Assembly (NCBI GenBank): GCA_014161675.1
Contig: GCA_014161675.1_4760.1
Direction: 5' to 3' (one strand)
Length of the DNA stretch: 64,000 bases
Source of the DNA: a phage
The notes beneath the pieces are model-generated. The model was not told where the DNA came from. It did not search any database and saw only the letters and a program-made list of their open reading frames with translations. Positions 25,467-35,001 of this stretch are shown one piece after another. Position 1 is the first letter of the stretch, and each line of letters starts with the position of its first letter. The translations under genes were made by a program, and so were the position numbers.

Positions 25467-27032
25467 ATGTTTAGTAGATTAAAAATGCTTGCGCGTTGGG
25501 CTGATTTTGACAACGACAAATACGAAGAACAAATTAAAGATAAAGCAGAGTCTATCGCCGCACCTAAAAACAATGATGGTGCTACGGAAGTAGAAATTAA
25601 CGATAATTCACCTGCTAGCTCGTGGAACTCTCTTACCCAGCAATTTTACAGCACCGACCAGAAAATCAGCACAACTAAGCAATTAGTTAACACATATCGC
25701 GGTTTGATGAATAACCATGAAGTCGAAAACGCTGTACAAAATATCGTTAACGATGCGATTGTATTTGAAGAAGGTCATGAAGTTGTTTCATTAAATCTTG
25801 AGGCGACTGGCTTTAGTGAATCTGTAAAAGAGCGCATTCATGAAGAATTTAAAGATCTTTTAAACACTATCCAGTTTGATAAGCGTGGTCAGGATATGTT
25901 CCGTCGCTGGTATGTCGATTCTCGTATTTTCTTCCATAAAATCATCGGCAAAAATCCAAAAGATGGTATCGTAGAATTACGCCAGCTTGACCCACGAAAT
26001 CTTGAATATGTTCGCGAGATCATTACAGAAGACACACCGGAAGGTAAAATTTATAAAGCAACGAAAGAATATTTCATTTACACTGTAGGCAATAGCTCTT
26101 ATTGCGCGGGTGGTCAAGTATTCTCTCCCAATAGTCGCGTTAAAATCCCGCGTAGTGCTATTACATACGCTCACAGCGGCTTGATGGATTGCGATGATAA
26201 ATATATCATTGGTTATTTGCATCGGGCTGTTAAGCCAGCAAACCAGCTTAAATTGTTGGAAGACGCAATGGTCGTTTATCGTATCACGCGTGCACCGGAA
26301 CGCCGAGTGTTCTTTATTGATACCGGAAACATGAACAACCGCAAGGCTGCACAGCACATGAACTCAGTGGCACAGTCTTTTAAAAACCGCGTTGTTTATG
26401 ATGCATCGACTGGTAAACTTAAAAACCAGCAAGCAAATCTATCAATGACAGAGGACTACTGGTTACAGCGTCGAGATGGTAAAGCAATCACCGACGTTAC
26501 TACTTTACCCGGTGCATCCGGTATGAGTGATATCGATGATATTCGCTACTTTAACCGTAAATTGTATGAAGCGTTGCGTGTACCATTGTCACGCAGTAAT
26601 CTCTCCGATGCTAATATGGTGATCGGTGGTGACGGTTCAGAAATTACTCGCGATGAGTTGGAATTTTCGAAATTCATTAGAACTCTGCAATCACAGTTTT
26701 CGGAAGTATTGCGCGATCCTCTGAAATATAATCTGATTCTCAAAAATGTAATTACGGAAGACGATTGGGATCGTGAAATAAATAATATCAAGGTGGTTTT
26801 CCATCGGGACTCTTATTATACAGAAGTTAAAGACGCGGAAATTTTAGAACGTCGAATCGGTCTAATCGAACGTATTACACCTTACATTGGTAAATATTTC
26901 TCTAACCAGACAGTGATGCGTGACATTCTGAAATATACCGATGACCAGATGGACACCGAGAAGAAACAGATCGAAGAAGAAGCGAACGATCCGCGCTTTA
27001 AACAAACTCCCGATGAAATAGAGGATTTTTAA
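25467..27032 (+). CDS. 20: gp20 portal vertex protein
   Basis: 521 aa (T4 524); synteny. Confidence 0.85.
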   Translation: MFSRLKMLARWADFDNDKYEEQIKDKAESIAAPKNNDGATEVEINDNSPASSWNSLTQQFYSTDQKISTTKQLVNTYRGLMNNHEVENAVQNIVNDAIVFEEGHEVVSLNLEATGFSESVKERIHEEFKDLLNTIQFDKRGQDMFRRWYVDSRIFFHKIIGKNPKDGIVELRQLDPRNLEYVREIITEDTPEGKIYKATKEYFIYTVGNSSYCAGGQVFSPNSRVKIPRSAITYAHSGLMDCDDKYIIGYLHRAVKPANQLKLLEDAMVVYRITRAPERRVFFIDTGNMNNRKAAQHMNSVAQSFKNRVVYDASTGKLKNQQANLSMTEDYWLQRRDGKAITDVTTLPGASGMSDIDDIRYFNRKLYEALRVPLSRSNLSDANMVIGGDGSEITRDELEFSKFIRTLQSQFSEVLRDPLKYNLILKNVITEDDWDREINNIKVVFHRDSYYTEVKDAEILERRIGLIERITPYIGKYFSNQTVMRDILKYTDDQMDTEKKQIEEEANDPRFKQTPDEIEDF

Positions 27033-27272
27033 ATGAAACAATTTATCGAAGCAATTAAAACTCGCGATCTAACGCTGATCGAAAAAGAATTTGATAAGAT
27101 CATGGAGGCTAAAAAAGCCCAGATCATCGAATCCCAGCGTGTCGAAATCGCATCCAGTATCATGATCGAAGGTGAAGAAGAAAAAGACCGCGATGATGAA
27201 GATATGGAAGATGAGGACGACGAAGACGAAGAACACAAAGACGATAAAAAAGACAAAGAAGACGACGAATAA
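27033..27272 (+). CDS. 67: gp67 prohead core protein
   Basis: 79 aa with highly acidic C-terminus; position between portal and gp68. Confidence 0.6.
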   Translation: MKQFIEAIKTRDLTLIEKEFDKIMEAKKAQIIESQRVEIASSIMIEGEEEKDRDDEDMEDEDDEDEEHKDDKKDKEDDE

Positions 27273-27284
27273 TAGGAAGCCAAC

Positions 27285-27692
27285 ATGATTAAAGATTTTA
27301 CTCCTAAAGCTGACTTAGAAACTTTTCTGCCGGAAGCACAGGAAAAATTGGACATGTTGGCTATGTTTGAGTCAGAAGAACTATTGAAAATCGTTGAAGG
27401 TATCTCCGAGGATGAGCCGGAACTGGCGGTAGCAATGCTGTCTATCATCGACGGAATTACTGTAAATGAAGCAATGGTTAAACATGTAAACGCACGCGGG
27501 GAAGTTGCACGTAAGAAAGATCGCAAAACCCGTGAGCGCAATGCTTACATGACTACTGGCCTAAGCAAAGCTAAACGCCGTCAAATTGCCCGTCGTGCTG
27601 CAAAAACCAAACGTGCAAATCCATCTATCGAACGTCATGCGGAACGTAAGCGCAAAAAAGCAATGCGTAAACGTAAGGCGTTAGGATTATAA
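27285..27692 (+). CDS. 68: gp68 prohead core protein
   Basis: 135 aa with basic C-terminus; synteny. Confidence 0.6.
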   Translation: MIKDFTPKADLETFLPEAQEKLDMLAMFESEELLKIVEGISEDEPELAVAMLSIIDGITVNEAMVKHVNARGEVARKKDRKTRERNAYMTTGLSKAKRRQIARRAAKTKRANPSIERHAERKRKKAMRKRKALGL

Positions 27693-27703
27693 CAGGAAAC
27701 AAC

Positions 27704-28399
27704 ATGGAAAAGAACGAATTACTGATCGAACAATGGGGCGTTCCTTGTGCTCGCGGTAGTTCGTCATTGCTTGAATCATTTGATGATAAGGCTACAGGAA
27801 ATCTCTATATTCAAGGGATTTTCCTGCAAGCCGAAACAGTAAACCGCAATAAACGCTGGTATCCTCGCAGTGTTCTAGAAAATGCGGTTACTAAATACAT
27901 ACATGAACAAGTTGAGACACATCAAGCTCTAGGCGAACTTAATCACCCAGCAAGAGCAATGCCAGATCCATCTAATGCTTGCATCATAATTGAAAAATTA
28001 TGGTGGGAAGGTAATAACGTGATGGGTAAAGCCCGTGTTATTGAAGGGGATAAAGGCGCAGGTGATAAACTTGCTGCACTGATTCGCGCTGGCTGGATTC
28101 CTGGCGTTTCCTCCCGTGGGTTGGGTCGGTTGAAAGACTCTGGTCGCGGATACAATATTGTACAGGAAGGTTTTGTGTTGACGGTTGGTGTTGATGTTGT
28201 ATGGGGTCCGAGCGCACCAGATGCGTGGGTAACTCCTGTGGTTGAGTCAACGGATAGCGATTCTAGCGCGTCAGACGCACCAGAAAGCGATAAAACCGAA
28301 AAAGTGACTAACCCTACAGCCTCACAACAAAACATCGTAGAATCGAATAATAGCGCGTTTATGGCGCTCGCAGAAGCGTTATCTAAACGCTATAAATAA
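27704..28399 (+). CDS. 21: gp21 prohead core protease
   Basis: 231 aa (T4 212); synteny 68-21-22-23. Confidence 0.8.
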   Translation: MEKNELLIEQWGVPCARGSSSLLESFDDKATGNLYIQGIFLQAETVNRNKRWYPRSVLENAVTKYIHEQVETHQALGELNHPARAMPDPSNACIIIEKLWWEGNNVMGKARVIEGDKGAGDKLAALIRAGWIPGVSSRGLGRLKDSGRGYNIVQEGFVLTVGVDVVWGPSAPDAWVTPVVESTDSDSSASDAPESDKTEKVTNPTASQQNIVESNNSAFMALAEALSKRYK

Positions 28400-28430
28400 T
28401 AACGTCGTTATCAACAAGAAGGTTATAACC

Positions 28431-29225
28431 ATGCTTAAAGAAATGCTGCTCGAAGAAGCAAAACAGATCACCGTAGACGTTGCTCTCGATGACCTGTTTG
28501 AATCCGTCGAACTGTCGCCGGAAGTAAAAGAAAATTTTGGTACTATCTACGCTCAGGCGGTAAAAGCTAATGCTGTTGCTCTGGCAGAAAGCCACATTGA
28601 AAAAATCGCCGCTAAAGCCGATGAACTGGTAGAATCAAAGGTCGAAGAAGCACGCACCGAGATTGAAACCAAACTGTACGAAGATGCAGATAAATTCCTG
28701 AATCACTTAGGCGCTAAATGGCTGGCAGAAAATAAAGAAGCCGTCACCCGTAATATTAAAGCGGATCTGTGCGAATCCCTGATTGGTTCTCTGAAAGATG
28801 TTTTCGTTACTCACAATGTTGTAGTACCGGAAGAATCTGTAGACGTTGTTGCTGAACTTGACGAAGCACTCAAAGAAGAAAAAGAAAAAACCTCTGAACT
28901 CTTTGATGCCAAACTGCAACTTGAAAGCGAAATTCGTGGCATGAAGCGCGAACAAGCGATCAATGAAAGCACTCGTGATCTTTCCGATACTCAGAAAGAA
29001 AAAGTAACCGCGCTGATTGAAGGTCTGGAATATAGCGAAACTTTCGATAAGAAATTAACTGCAATTGTCGAAATGGTTGCTAAGAAAGAAGACAAACCAG
29101 CGAAGATTGAAGAATCACTAAATACTGATGCCGACAAGCTGAATGTTATTGCAGAAGCTGTCGAAGAATCAGAGAAAAAAGCAACTGTAGATTCCGGCGT
29201 ATCTCGCTACCTGAATTTCATCTAA
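28431..29225 (+). CDS. 22: gp22 prohead core scaffold protein
   Basis: 264 aa, acidic and helical; synteny. Confidence 0.7.
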   Translation: MLKEMLLEEAKQITVDVALDDLFESVELSPEVKENFGTIYAQAVKANAVALAESHIEKIAAKADELVESKVEEARTEIETKLYEDADKFLNHLGAKWLAENKEAVTRNIKADLCESLIGSLKDVFVTHNVVVPEESVDVVAELDEALKEEKEKTSELFDAKLQLESEIRGMKREQAINESTRDLSDTQKEKVTALIEGLEYSETFDKKLTAIVEMVAKKEDKPAKIEESLNTDADKLNVIAEAVEESEKKATVDSGVSRYLNFI

Positions 29226-29242
29226 TGCAATTCAAATCTACT

Positions 29243-29250
29243 AATAAATA
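29243..29250 (+). promoter_or_regulatory. Possible late promoter variant (AATAAATA) for gp23
   Basis: 'ctAATAAATActtt' about 35 nt before gp23 ATG; one mismatch to TATAAATA. Confidence 0.3.
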
Positions 29251-29283
29251 CTTTAGGTTAACAACAAACAAGGTTTAAAGAAC

Positions 29284-30870
29284 ATGAAAACTACCAAAGA
29301 ACTGATGGAAAAATGGTCCCCGCTGCTGGAGAACGAAAAACTGCCGGAAATCGCAACTGCGTCTAAGCAGAAACTGGTTGCTAAAATTCTGGAATCTCAG
29401 GAAGCGGATTTTGCTGTAGACCCGATCTATAAGGATGAAAAAGTTGTTGAAGCATTCGGTGGCTTTATCGCAGAAGCCGAAGTTGCTGGCGACCACGGTT
29501 ATGACGCATCTCAGATCGCGGCTGGTCAGACCACTGGTGCAATCACTAACGTAGGTCCGGCTGTTATCGGTATGGTTCGCCGTGCTATTCCTAACCTGAT
29601 CGCATTTGATATTTGTGGCGTTCAGCCGATGAGCACTCCGACTAGCCAGATCTTTGCAATCCGTTCTGTATACGGTGGCGATCCGCTGAAATCCGGTGCT
29701 CGCGAAGCATTCCATCCGATGTATGCACCTGATGCGTTCCATAGCTCTCTTGCTGCTAAAGAGGCAACTGTAGGTTCACCAACTGGTACTGCATTCGCTA
29801 AACTAACTCTCAATAATCAGATTGAAGCAGGTGATATTGTACACCACACCTTCGCAGAAACTGGTATTGCATATCTGCAAAACGTTACCTCAGATGCAGT
29901 AACCCCAGCCAAAGCTGGCAGCGAGTCAGAAGATGAAGTTGTCATGAAGCTGATGGAAGAAGGTAAACTGGCTGAAATCGCTTTCGGTATGGCTACTTCC
30001 ATTGCCGAAATTCAGGAAGGCTTTAACGGTTCCAGCAATAACCCGTGGGCTGAAATGTCAATGCGTATTGACAAACAGGTTGTTGAAGCGAAATCTCGCC
30101 AACTGAAAGCTCGTTATTCTATCGAAGTTGCGCAGGATCTGCGTGCTGTACACGGTATGGATGCTGACGCCGAACTGAATGCTATCCTGGCTAACGAAGT
30201 TCTGCTTGAAATCAACCGCGAAATCGTTGATGTGATCAACTTTACCGCTCAGGTTGGTAAGACTGGTATGACTCAGACCGTTGGTTCTAAAGCTGGTGTA
30301 TTTGACCTGCAAGACCCGATCGATACTCGCGGTGCTCGTTGGGCTGGTGAATCCTTCAAATCTCTGATCTACCAGATCGACAAAGAAGCTGCTGAAATCG
30401 CTCGTCAGACTGGTCGCGGTGCTGGTAACTTTGTTATCGCTTCCCGTAACGTTGTAAACATTCTGGCTTCTGCTGATCAGGGTATCAGTCTTGCTATGCA
30501 GGGTGCTGCAAAAGGTCTGAATACCGACACCACTAAAGCTGTTTTCGCTGGTGTTCTGGCTGGTAAGTACAAAGTATTCATCGACCAGTATGCTCGTCAG
30601 GACTACTTCACCGTAGGTTACAAAGGCGACAACGAAATGGATGCTGGTATCTACTATGCTCCGTATGTTGCTCTGACTCCGCTGCGTGCAACTGATCCGC
30701 AGTCTTTCCACCCGGTTCTGGGCTTCAAGACTCGCTACGGCATCGGTATTAACCCGTTTGCAGACAGCAAATCCCAGGCACCGTCCGCTCGCATCACCTC
30801 CGGTATGTTGAGCAAAGACAGCGTAGGTAAAAACGCATACTTCCGTCGTGTATGGGTTAAAGGTTGCTAA
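29284..30870 (+). CDS. 23: gp23 major capsid protein
   Basis: 528 aa; long collinear matches to T4 gp23 ('MVRRAIPNLIAFDICGVQPM', 'IDKQVVEAKSRQLKA', 'GIYYAPYVALTPLR', 'KNAYFRRVWVKG'). Confidence 0.95.
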   Translation: MKTTKELMEKWSPLLENEKLPEIATASKQKLVAKILESQEADFAVDPIYKDEKVVEAFGGFIAEAEVAGDHGYDASQIAAGQTTGAITNVGPAVIGMVRRAIPNLIAFDICGVQPMSTPTSQIFAIRSVYGGDPLKSGAREAFHPMYAPDAFHSSLAAKEATVGSPTGTAFAKLTLNNQIEAGDIVHHTFAETGIAYLQNVTSDAVTPAKAGSESEDEVVMKLMEEGKLAEIAFGMATSIAEIQEGFNGSSNNPWAEMSMRIDKQVVEAKSRQLKARYSIEVAQDLRAVHGMDADAELNAILANEVLLEINREIVDVINFTAQVGKTGMTQTVGSKAGVFDLQDPIDTRGARWAGESFKSLIYQIDKEAAEIARQTGRGAGNFVIASRNVVNILASADQGISLAMQGAAKGLNTDTTKAVFAGVLAGKYKVFIDQYARQDYFTVGYKGDNEMDAGIYYAPYVALTPLRATDPQSFHPVLGFKTRYGIGINPFADSKSQAPSARITSGMLSKDSVGKNAYFRRVWVKGC

Positions 30871-30952
30871 TATAAGCCATTCCTGAAAACTCCTGTCGGG
30901 TGCAATGCCCGACTTATCATAAACCTTATGACAGTGTAAAGTGTTAATTCCA

Positions 30953-30983
30953 AAGGGAAGACTCGAAAGGGTCTTCCCTTTTT
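30953..30983 (+). terminator. Strong Rho-independent terminator after gp23
   Basis: 10-bp stem AAGGGAAGAC/GTCTTCCCTT with 8-nt loop, then TTT; a weaker hairpin precedes it at about 30895-30913. Confidence 0.6.
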
Positions 30984-30999
30984 GCGTATTATAACCCGT

Positions 31000-31007
31000 T
31001 ATAAATA
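31000..31007 (+). promoter_or_regulatory. T4-type late promoter motif (TATAAATA)
   Basis: Exact TATAAATA just after the gp23 terminator; target unclear. Confidence 0.35.
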
Positions 31008-31369
31008 AGGTTGCAAGCCTATATTCTATTGGGAGCGAAAATAGATACACACAACAAAGACAGGAAGATGCAGAACATCGGTGGGTTGCGATCCTAAATC
31101 CGGTGGCTATGATATGTGATTGATTTTGATGCTGGATTTATTAAAACACAACAAACAATTCCACCAATTTTCGTAGTAACTGCATGGCAAAGGGACCAAT
31201 GAATGAAATGAGCGTTCATGTTGATATTGGGTCGGATCTATTTGATAGATATACAAGATCTGGTGTATGCCGACCTTGTTATGACATTCCATTGTGACGC
31301 TAGCGGTAATTTTTGGTTTTGGTACGCTGTTCCCCGAATTAACCCAAAATTCTCCATAAGGAGGAATGC

Positions 31370-31522
31370 ATGAGTAAGAAAGAAAACAGCTATGTTATGA
31401 CTCGTAAGGAATACAACGAATTGATGTTAGCATTAGCTTATGCAATTATTCGTTCTGATCATGCAATTAATCTGGTAAACAAAGTTAACCGTAGCGTTGA
31501 TAATGTTTCTAGGAAGAAGTAA
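31370..31522 (+). CDS. small hypothetical protein (50 aa)
   Basis: AAGGAGG at 31358-31364, 5-nt spacer, ATG 31370; below the ORF-track length cutoff. Confidence 0.4.
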   Translation: MSKKENSYVMTRKEYNELMLALAYAIIRSDHAINLVNKVNRSVDNVSRKK

Positions 31523-31561
31523 GTTTATTTTTGGAATCCTTTGGATTCCTTTTTCTTTTTG

Positions 31562-31569
31562 TATAAATA
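31562..31569 (+). promoter_or_regulatory. T4-type late promoter (TATAAATA) for gp24
   Basis: Exact TATAAATA about 38 nt before the gp24 ATG at 31607. Confidence 0.5.
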
Positions 31570-31606
31570 TGATATATCCATTAAGGCAAATACAGGATTC
31601 ATAAAC

Positions 31607-32848
31607 ATGACTCATATTTTTACTGAACTGTTGCGGGAATCTACTTCCTCAGTAGCTAACCAGACAGCGCGACCGCAACTATTATCATTAACTCGCGCGG
31701 TAAACAACCTGATTTTCTCTGATCTGGTAGCAATCCAGCCAACGGATCAACCAGTATCTGCATTGTACGGCCTACGTTATCTTAATCGTGATGGTCAGAT
31801 GACTTTCCGAACTGCTGCGACCTACGGTGGCGCGGCTGGTGATCGCACAGAGATTGAAGAGTTTTCAAAAGAAAAATCTTATGACGAAGGCGCACTGTTC
31901 AAATCAGACGATGTTGTATACGAAGTTGTGACCGCTGGTACAGTCGGTGAAGATGCCGAAACTCCAGAAGCTGCAATCTTTAAAGGCGTAATGACAAACA
32001 AAATTCGTTTCTATAGCGATTGTGCATCGGTAGAATACTTTGAAGATAAAAACACCGAAATTTCGTCTACCTCTATGCAGTTTGACAAGTGGCAAGTTAA
32101 TGTAGGTTCTCGTAAACTGAAAACCTCGTTCACGACCGAATTGATGCAGGATCTTGAGGCAAGCCAAATCAACTCTGAAAACTCTGTAATTGATCTTCTG
32201 GCTACTGTTGCTTCCGAAGAGATCAACAAAGATATTATTCAGAAGTTGATCACTGTATCATCTCGCTATAAAATTAAAGGGATCACCCCTGATGGCGTAC
32301 TTTCTCTCGTTAGCGTTCAGGATGCACCAACACAAGCGCGTGAACTTTACCGCTATGCTTGCGAAATGAGCAATCAAATGTTGCGGACTTCCTCCTTTGC
32401 TGGTACATACGTTTTGGCGTCTTCTCGCGTGGTTGGCCTCCTGCAATCTACCGGATGGATGGAAGAAACCGACAATGCTCTAAGCGAAGGTCGTCTACGT
32501 TGCGGTCTGGAAGTGTACGCAGACACGACGACACCTTTCGATTATATGCTCGTTGGTTGTAAGCACATGATCGGTGATATGGAGAGTGTAGGTTCTCTGT
32601 TCTACTCCCCATATACAGAAGCCGACGGCGCTGGCGCGTATAAGAGCGTAATTGACCCTAATAGCTTCCAGCATCATGTAGCTATTATGAATCGTTATTC
32701 ACTATCTGTCAACCCATACACATCAAAAGTTGATCAGGAAGAACACCAGGTCATCAAGGGTGACGATTGGGGTAAAATGGCTGGACGTTCAGAAATGTCC
32801 TACATTTTAGGAATCGAACTGCCACCGCTTGAGATTGACAACGCTTAA
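31607..32848 (+). CDS. 24: gp24 head vertex protein
   Basis: N-terminus 'MTHIFTELLRESTSS...' aligns with T4 gp24; ORF-track start 31541 is TTG, ATG 31607 preferred. Confidence 0.85.
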   Translation: MTHIFTELLRESTSSVANQTARPQLLSLTRAVNNLIFSDLVAIQPTDQPVSALYGLRYLNRDGQMTFRTAATYGGAAGDRTEIEEFSKEKSYDEGALFKSDDVVYEVVTAGTVGEDAETPEAAIFKGVMTNKIRFYSDCASVEYFEDKNTEISSTSMQFDKWQVNVGSRKLKTSFTTELMQDLEASQINSENSVIDLLATVASEEINKDIIQKLITVSSRYKIKGITPDGVLSLVSVQDAPTQARELYRYACEMSNQMLRTSSFAGTYVLASSRVVGLLQSTGWMEETDNALSEGRLRCGLEVYADTTTPFDYMLVGCKHMIGDMESVGSLFYSPYTEADGAGAYKSVIDPNSFQHHVAIMNRYSLSVNPYTSKVDQEEHQVIKGDDWGKMAGRSEMSYILGIELPPLEIDNA

Positions 32849-33436
32849 CTAAATATCTAACCAAGACAAGTCAGATCCGCCCAAGATTTTTTCGACGGCG
32901 GATCTATTTTCTTGATGATATAAGTTAAAACATGGTATCCCATGTCTACGGGCAACATAAACAGCAATTCGAGTTCCTCCCGAAACGATTCCATTAACTT
33001 CTTTCGCCCAAAATAACACACAATCTACAGGATCATCAAGTGTCTCACCTAAAACTTGAGCAACATTTCTAGAAAACAGATTTTGCATGTATAACGGTAT
33101 AGAACGAGGATTATCATAAACTTGTTCTAATTCATCCATCGCCAGATTTTTTTGTTCTAAGGTTTGCCATGCAATCACATCATGACCGTTATGCTTGTGG
33201 TCATAAAACTTCCAATTTGGAATGAAAATTTTTCTATAATCTGGATCGTAATATTTCATGAAAGCATTGTCCATACCGTAAGCCCCTCCAGAATGCGCTA
33301 CAACGCGATTTTCTGACAATACCCTCCCAATGGTACTAGCCATTATCAAAATGTCGCTAGGCGCTTTTCTAGAGCCTATTAAAGCACATCTACGAAGTGG
33401 TTTTACTCCAAATAGATCTTGTAACTGGTCAAACAT
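32849..33436 (-). CDS. Rossmann-like protein, possible SLOG/DprA(Smf)-like fold
   Basis: 'CALIGSRKAP...VVAHSGGAYGMDNAF' and 'SGGTRIAVYVARRHGIP' resemble DprA/SLOG motifs; GGAGGA RBS. Confidence 0.35.
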   Translation of the reverse strand: MFDQLQDLFGVKPLRRCALIGSRKAPSDILIMASTIGRVLSENRVVAHSGGAYGMDNAFMKYYDPDYRKIFIPNWKFYDHKHNGHDVIAWQTLEQKNLAMDELEQVYDNPRSIPLYMQNLFSRNVAQVLGETLDDPVDCVLFWAKEVNGIVSGGTRIAVYVARRHGIPCFNLYHQENRSAVEKILGGSDLSWLDI

Positions 33437-33588
33437 AATATTTCCTCCATAGAAAGCAATATCATACTACAAGTTAATAACAAATACAAGTATCCGCGTA
33501 GCGGAAGCGAGCACAGCGAGCAATAAAACACTTCCAGTAATTGATTAATAAATGTTCGAAACAAATTTTTATTATTCTATAAGATAAG

Positions 33589-33614
33589 TCTTCGTTTTGA
33601 TCATAATTTAATCA
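33589..33614. repeat. Direct repeat copy 1 (26 bp)
   Basis: tcttcgttttgatcataatttaatca; identical copy at 33738-33763. Confidence 0.7.
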
Positions 33615-33737
33615 TACATGTAAAAACTACACAAAAGGATATCGCTTCGCGAACTCCTACGGAGTATAACATTTGTGTTACAATATGTAGTGATTAATAA
33701 TTAACCAAAGATACATTTTCTATGTTCTAAAGATCTT

Positions 33738-33763
33738 TCTTCGTTTTGATCATAATTTAATCA
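33738..33763. repeat. Direct repeat copy 2 (26 bp)
   Basis: Identical to 33589-33614; flanking 'aagat' and 'acatgtaaa' also shared. Confidence 0.7.
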
Positions 33764-33818
33764 AACAGTATTAATATTGTGCACATGTAAACTAAAATTA
33801 TGTCAATAATAGATACAA

Positions 33819-33843
33819 AAAAGCCGCCCCGAAGGACGGCTAA
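33819..33843 (-). terminator. Rho-independent terminator (minus strand)
   Basis: On the minus strand GCCGTCC-ttcg-GGGCGGC plus T-run; on the plus strand the stem has a C-A mismatch. Confidence 0.45.
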
Positions 33844-33849
33844 TGTTAA

Positions 33850-34287
33850 TTATTTGTTGATAACGATCTGATTTCGGCGAATGGTAACATTACTCTTAGA
33901 GATGATCAGATCATCCGGCACTACGTTAGTTTTGTATGGTTGGAAGCGAACAAGCATCTGATTGCGTTTAGACCCTTCCTTAATCTTGATTTCCATCTGG
34001 ATATTGTTGCCTACGTGAGCAACCGCAATTTCACCTTTATTCTCATAGACCCACTTGCTGGTAACGTCTCCAGCAAAAGCCTTAATAACTTGCAATGCTT
34101 CGTCGTATGCGGTAGAGCTGTGAACTTTCAGAAGGCCAGCCGTAGCAAGACGGGAGCAGGTGATCGCCGGAGATTGCCAAACATCAACATTAATTTGCTC
34201 AATCAGAGTAACACCGCCCTGATCAACTGCTTTGAATGCTTCGAACATTGCCTTTTTCATTGCTACGTGGTTTTTACGGAATTTCAT
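33850..34287 (-). CDS. hypothetical protein
   Basis: 145-aa ORF with GAGGTGA RBS; no motif recognised. Confidence 0.5.
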   Translation of the reverse strand: MKFRKNHVAMKKAMFEAFKAVDQGGVTLIEQINVDVWQSPAITCSRLATAGLLKVHSSTAYDEALQVIKAFAGDVTSKWVYENKGEIAVAHVGNNIQMEIKIKEGSKRNQMLVRFQPYKTNVVPDDLIISKSNVTIRRNQIVINK

Positions 34288-34333
34288 AATTATTCACCTC
34301 TATTGATTAGTTATTCAGAATATTAATTACAAA

Positions 34334-34609
34334 TCAGGACATTGCCCGTTTGAATGCGTCCATTATAACAGTGTTATTTGGCATGTCAACACGTTTTTGA
34401 ACTTTATTTTTAAATTTTTTGTTGATGTGGTGTTTACGATAAACAACCTTTTCACGATTGGCGTAAGACTCTCGTGCATCTTTTACCATCAACCATGCCT
34501 TAGCCGCATCTTGTCCGCTGATCCCGCCAATCTTCTTAGCAATATCAACAAAATTAAGACCGTGGTCTTCGCGTAGCATGTAAACCATTAACGCTGTTTT
34601 CTTGTCCAT
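34334..34609 (-). CDS. hypothetical protein, possible helix-turn-helix
   Basis: 91 aa; 'LNFVDIAKKIGGISGQDAAKAW' is HTH-like; basic C-terminus. Confidence 0.4.
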   Translation of the reverse strand: MDKKTALMVYMLREDHGLNFVDIAKKIGGISGQDAAKAWLMVKDARESYANREKVVYRKHHINKKFKNKVQKRVDMPNNTVIMDAFKRAMS

Positions 34610-34806
34610 TACTTCGCCTCATTGACGATTAACAGGATAGTGATCAGTACCGGAAACTGGATCATGACAGTACCAAAAAACCGGATAAACGCATTTTCTG
34701 ACTTCCACACATGACATGCGACTAGCTGATAGACCATTGTTGCAACCAAAGCCAGAAAATACATCTCGATTGGTGCTTCTTTGATCAATCGTACAATCTC
34801 ATTCAT
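34609..34806 (-). CDS. small membrane protein
   Basis: 65 aa with two hydrophobic stretches; GAGGTGA RBS. Confidence 0.45.
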   Translation of the reverse strand: MNEIVRLIKEAPIEMYFLALVATMVYQLVACHVWKSENAFIRFFGTVMIQFPVLITILLIVNEAK

Positions 34807-34960
34807 ACTTCACCTCATACATTCATAAACACAACAACGAATAGGACAGTAACAGTTATTAAAGCCATTTTCAACCCCATATTCATAATATTTTCCTCAT
34901 AAGGTAACGCCCTGTTGATGTGTGCCATTATAAGCCACTAAATCACACTGTCAAGCACTA

Positions 34961-34990
34961 AAAACAAAAAAGCCACCCCGAAGGATGGCT
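34961..34990 (-). terminator. Rho-independent terminator after hoc (minus strand)
   Basis: Minus strand GCCATCC-ttcg-GGGTGGC plus U-run. Confidence 0.45.
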
Positions 34991-35001
34991 GATAGATTTC
35001 A

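Noticed and set aside
27029-31050. Long antisense ORFs inside structural genes (27029-27541 Ser-rich; 29275-29742; 30058-31050, minus strand)
   Set aside because: They are fully embedded in gp67/gp68 and gp23, whose identities are secure; the Ser-rich product is the mirror of the acidic GAA/GAT-rich coding strand.
31075-31115. Possible tRNA-like T-arm ('GGTGGGTTGCGATCCTAAATCCGGTGG')
   Set aside because: No acceptor stem, D-arm or anticodon arm could be built around it and there is no CCA-proximal pairing.
33437-33849. Group I intron or homing-endonuclease remnant in the AT-rich intergenic region
   Set aside because: No ORF, no P-element-like pairings, and the region is intergenic rather than inside a gene; it is better described as duplicated regulatory DNA.
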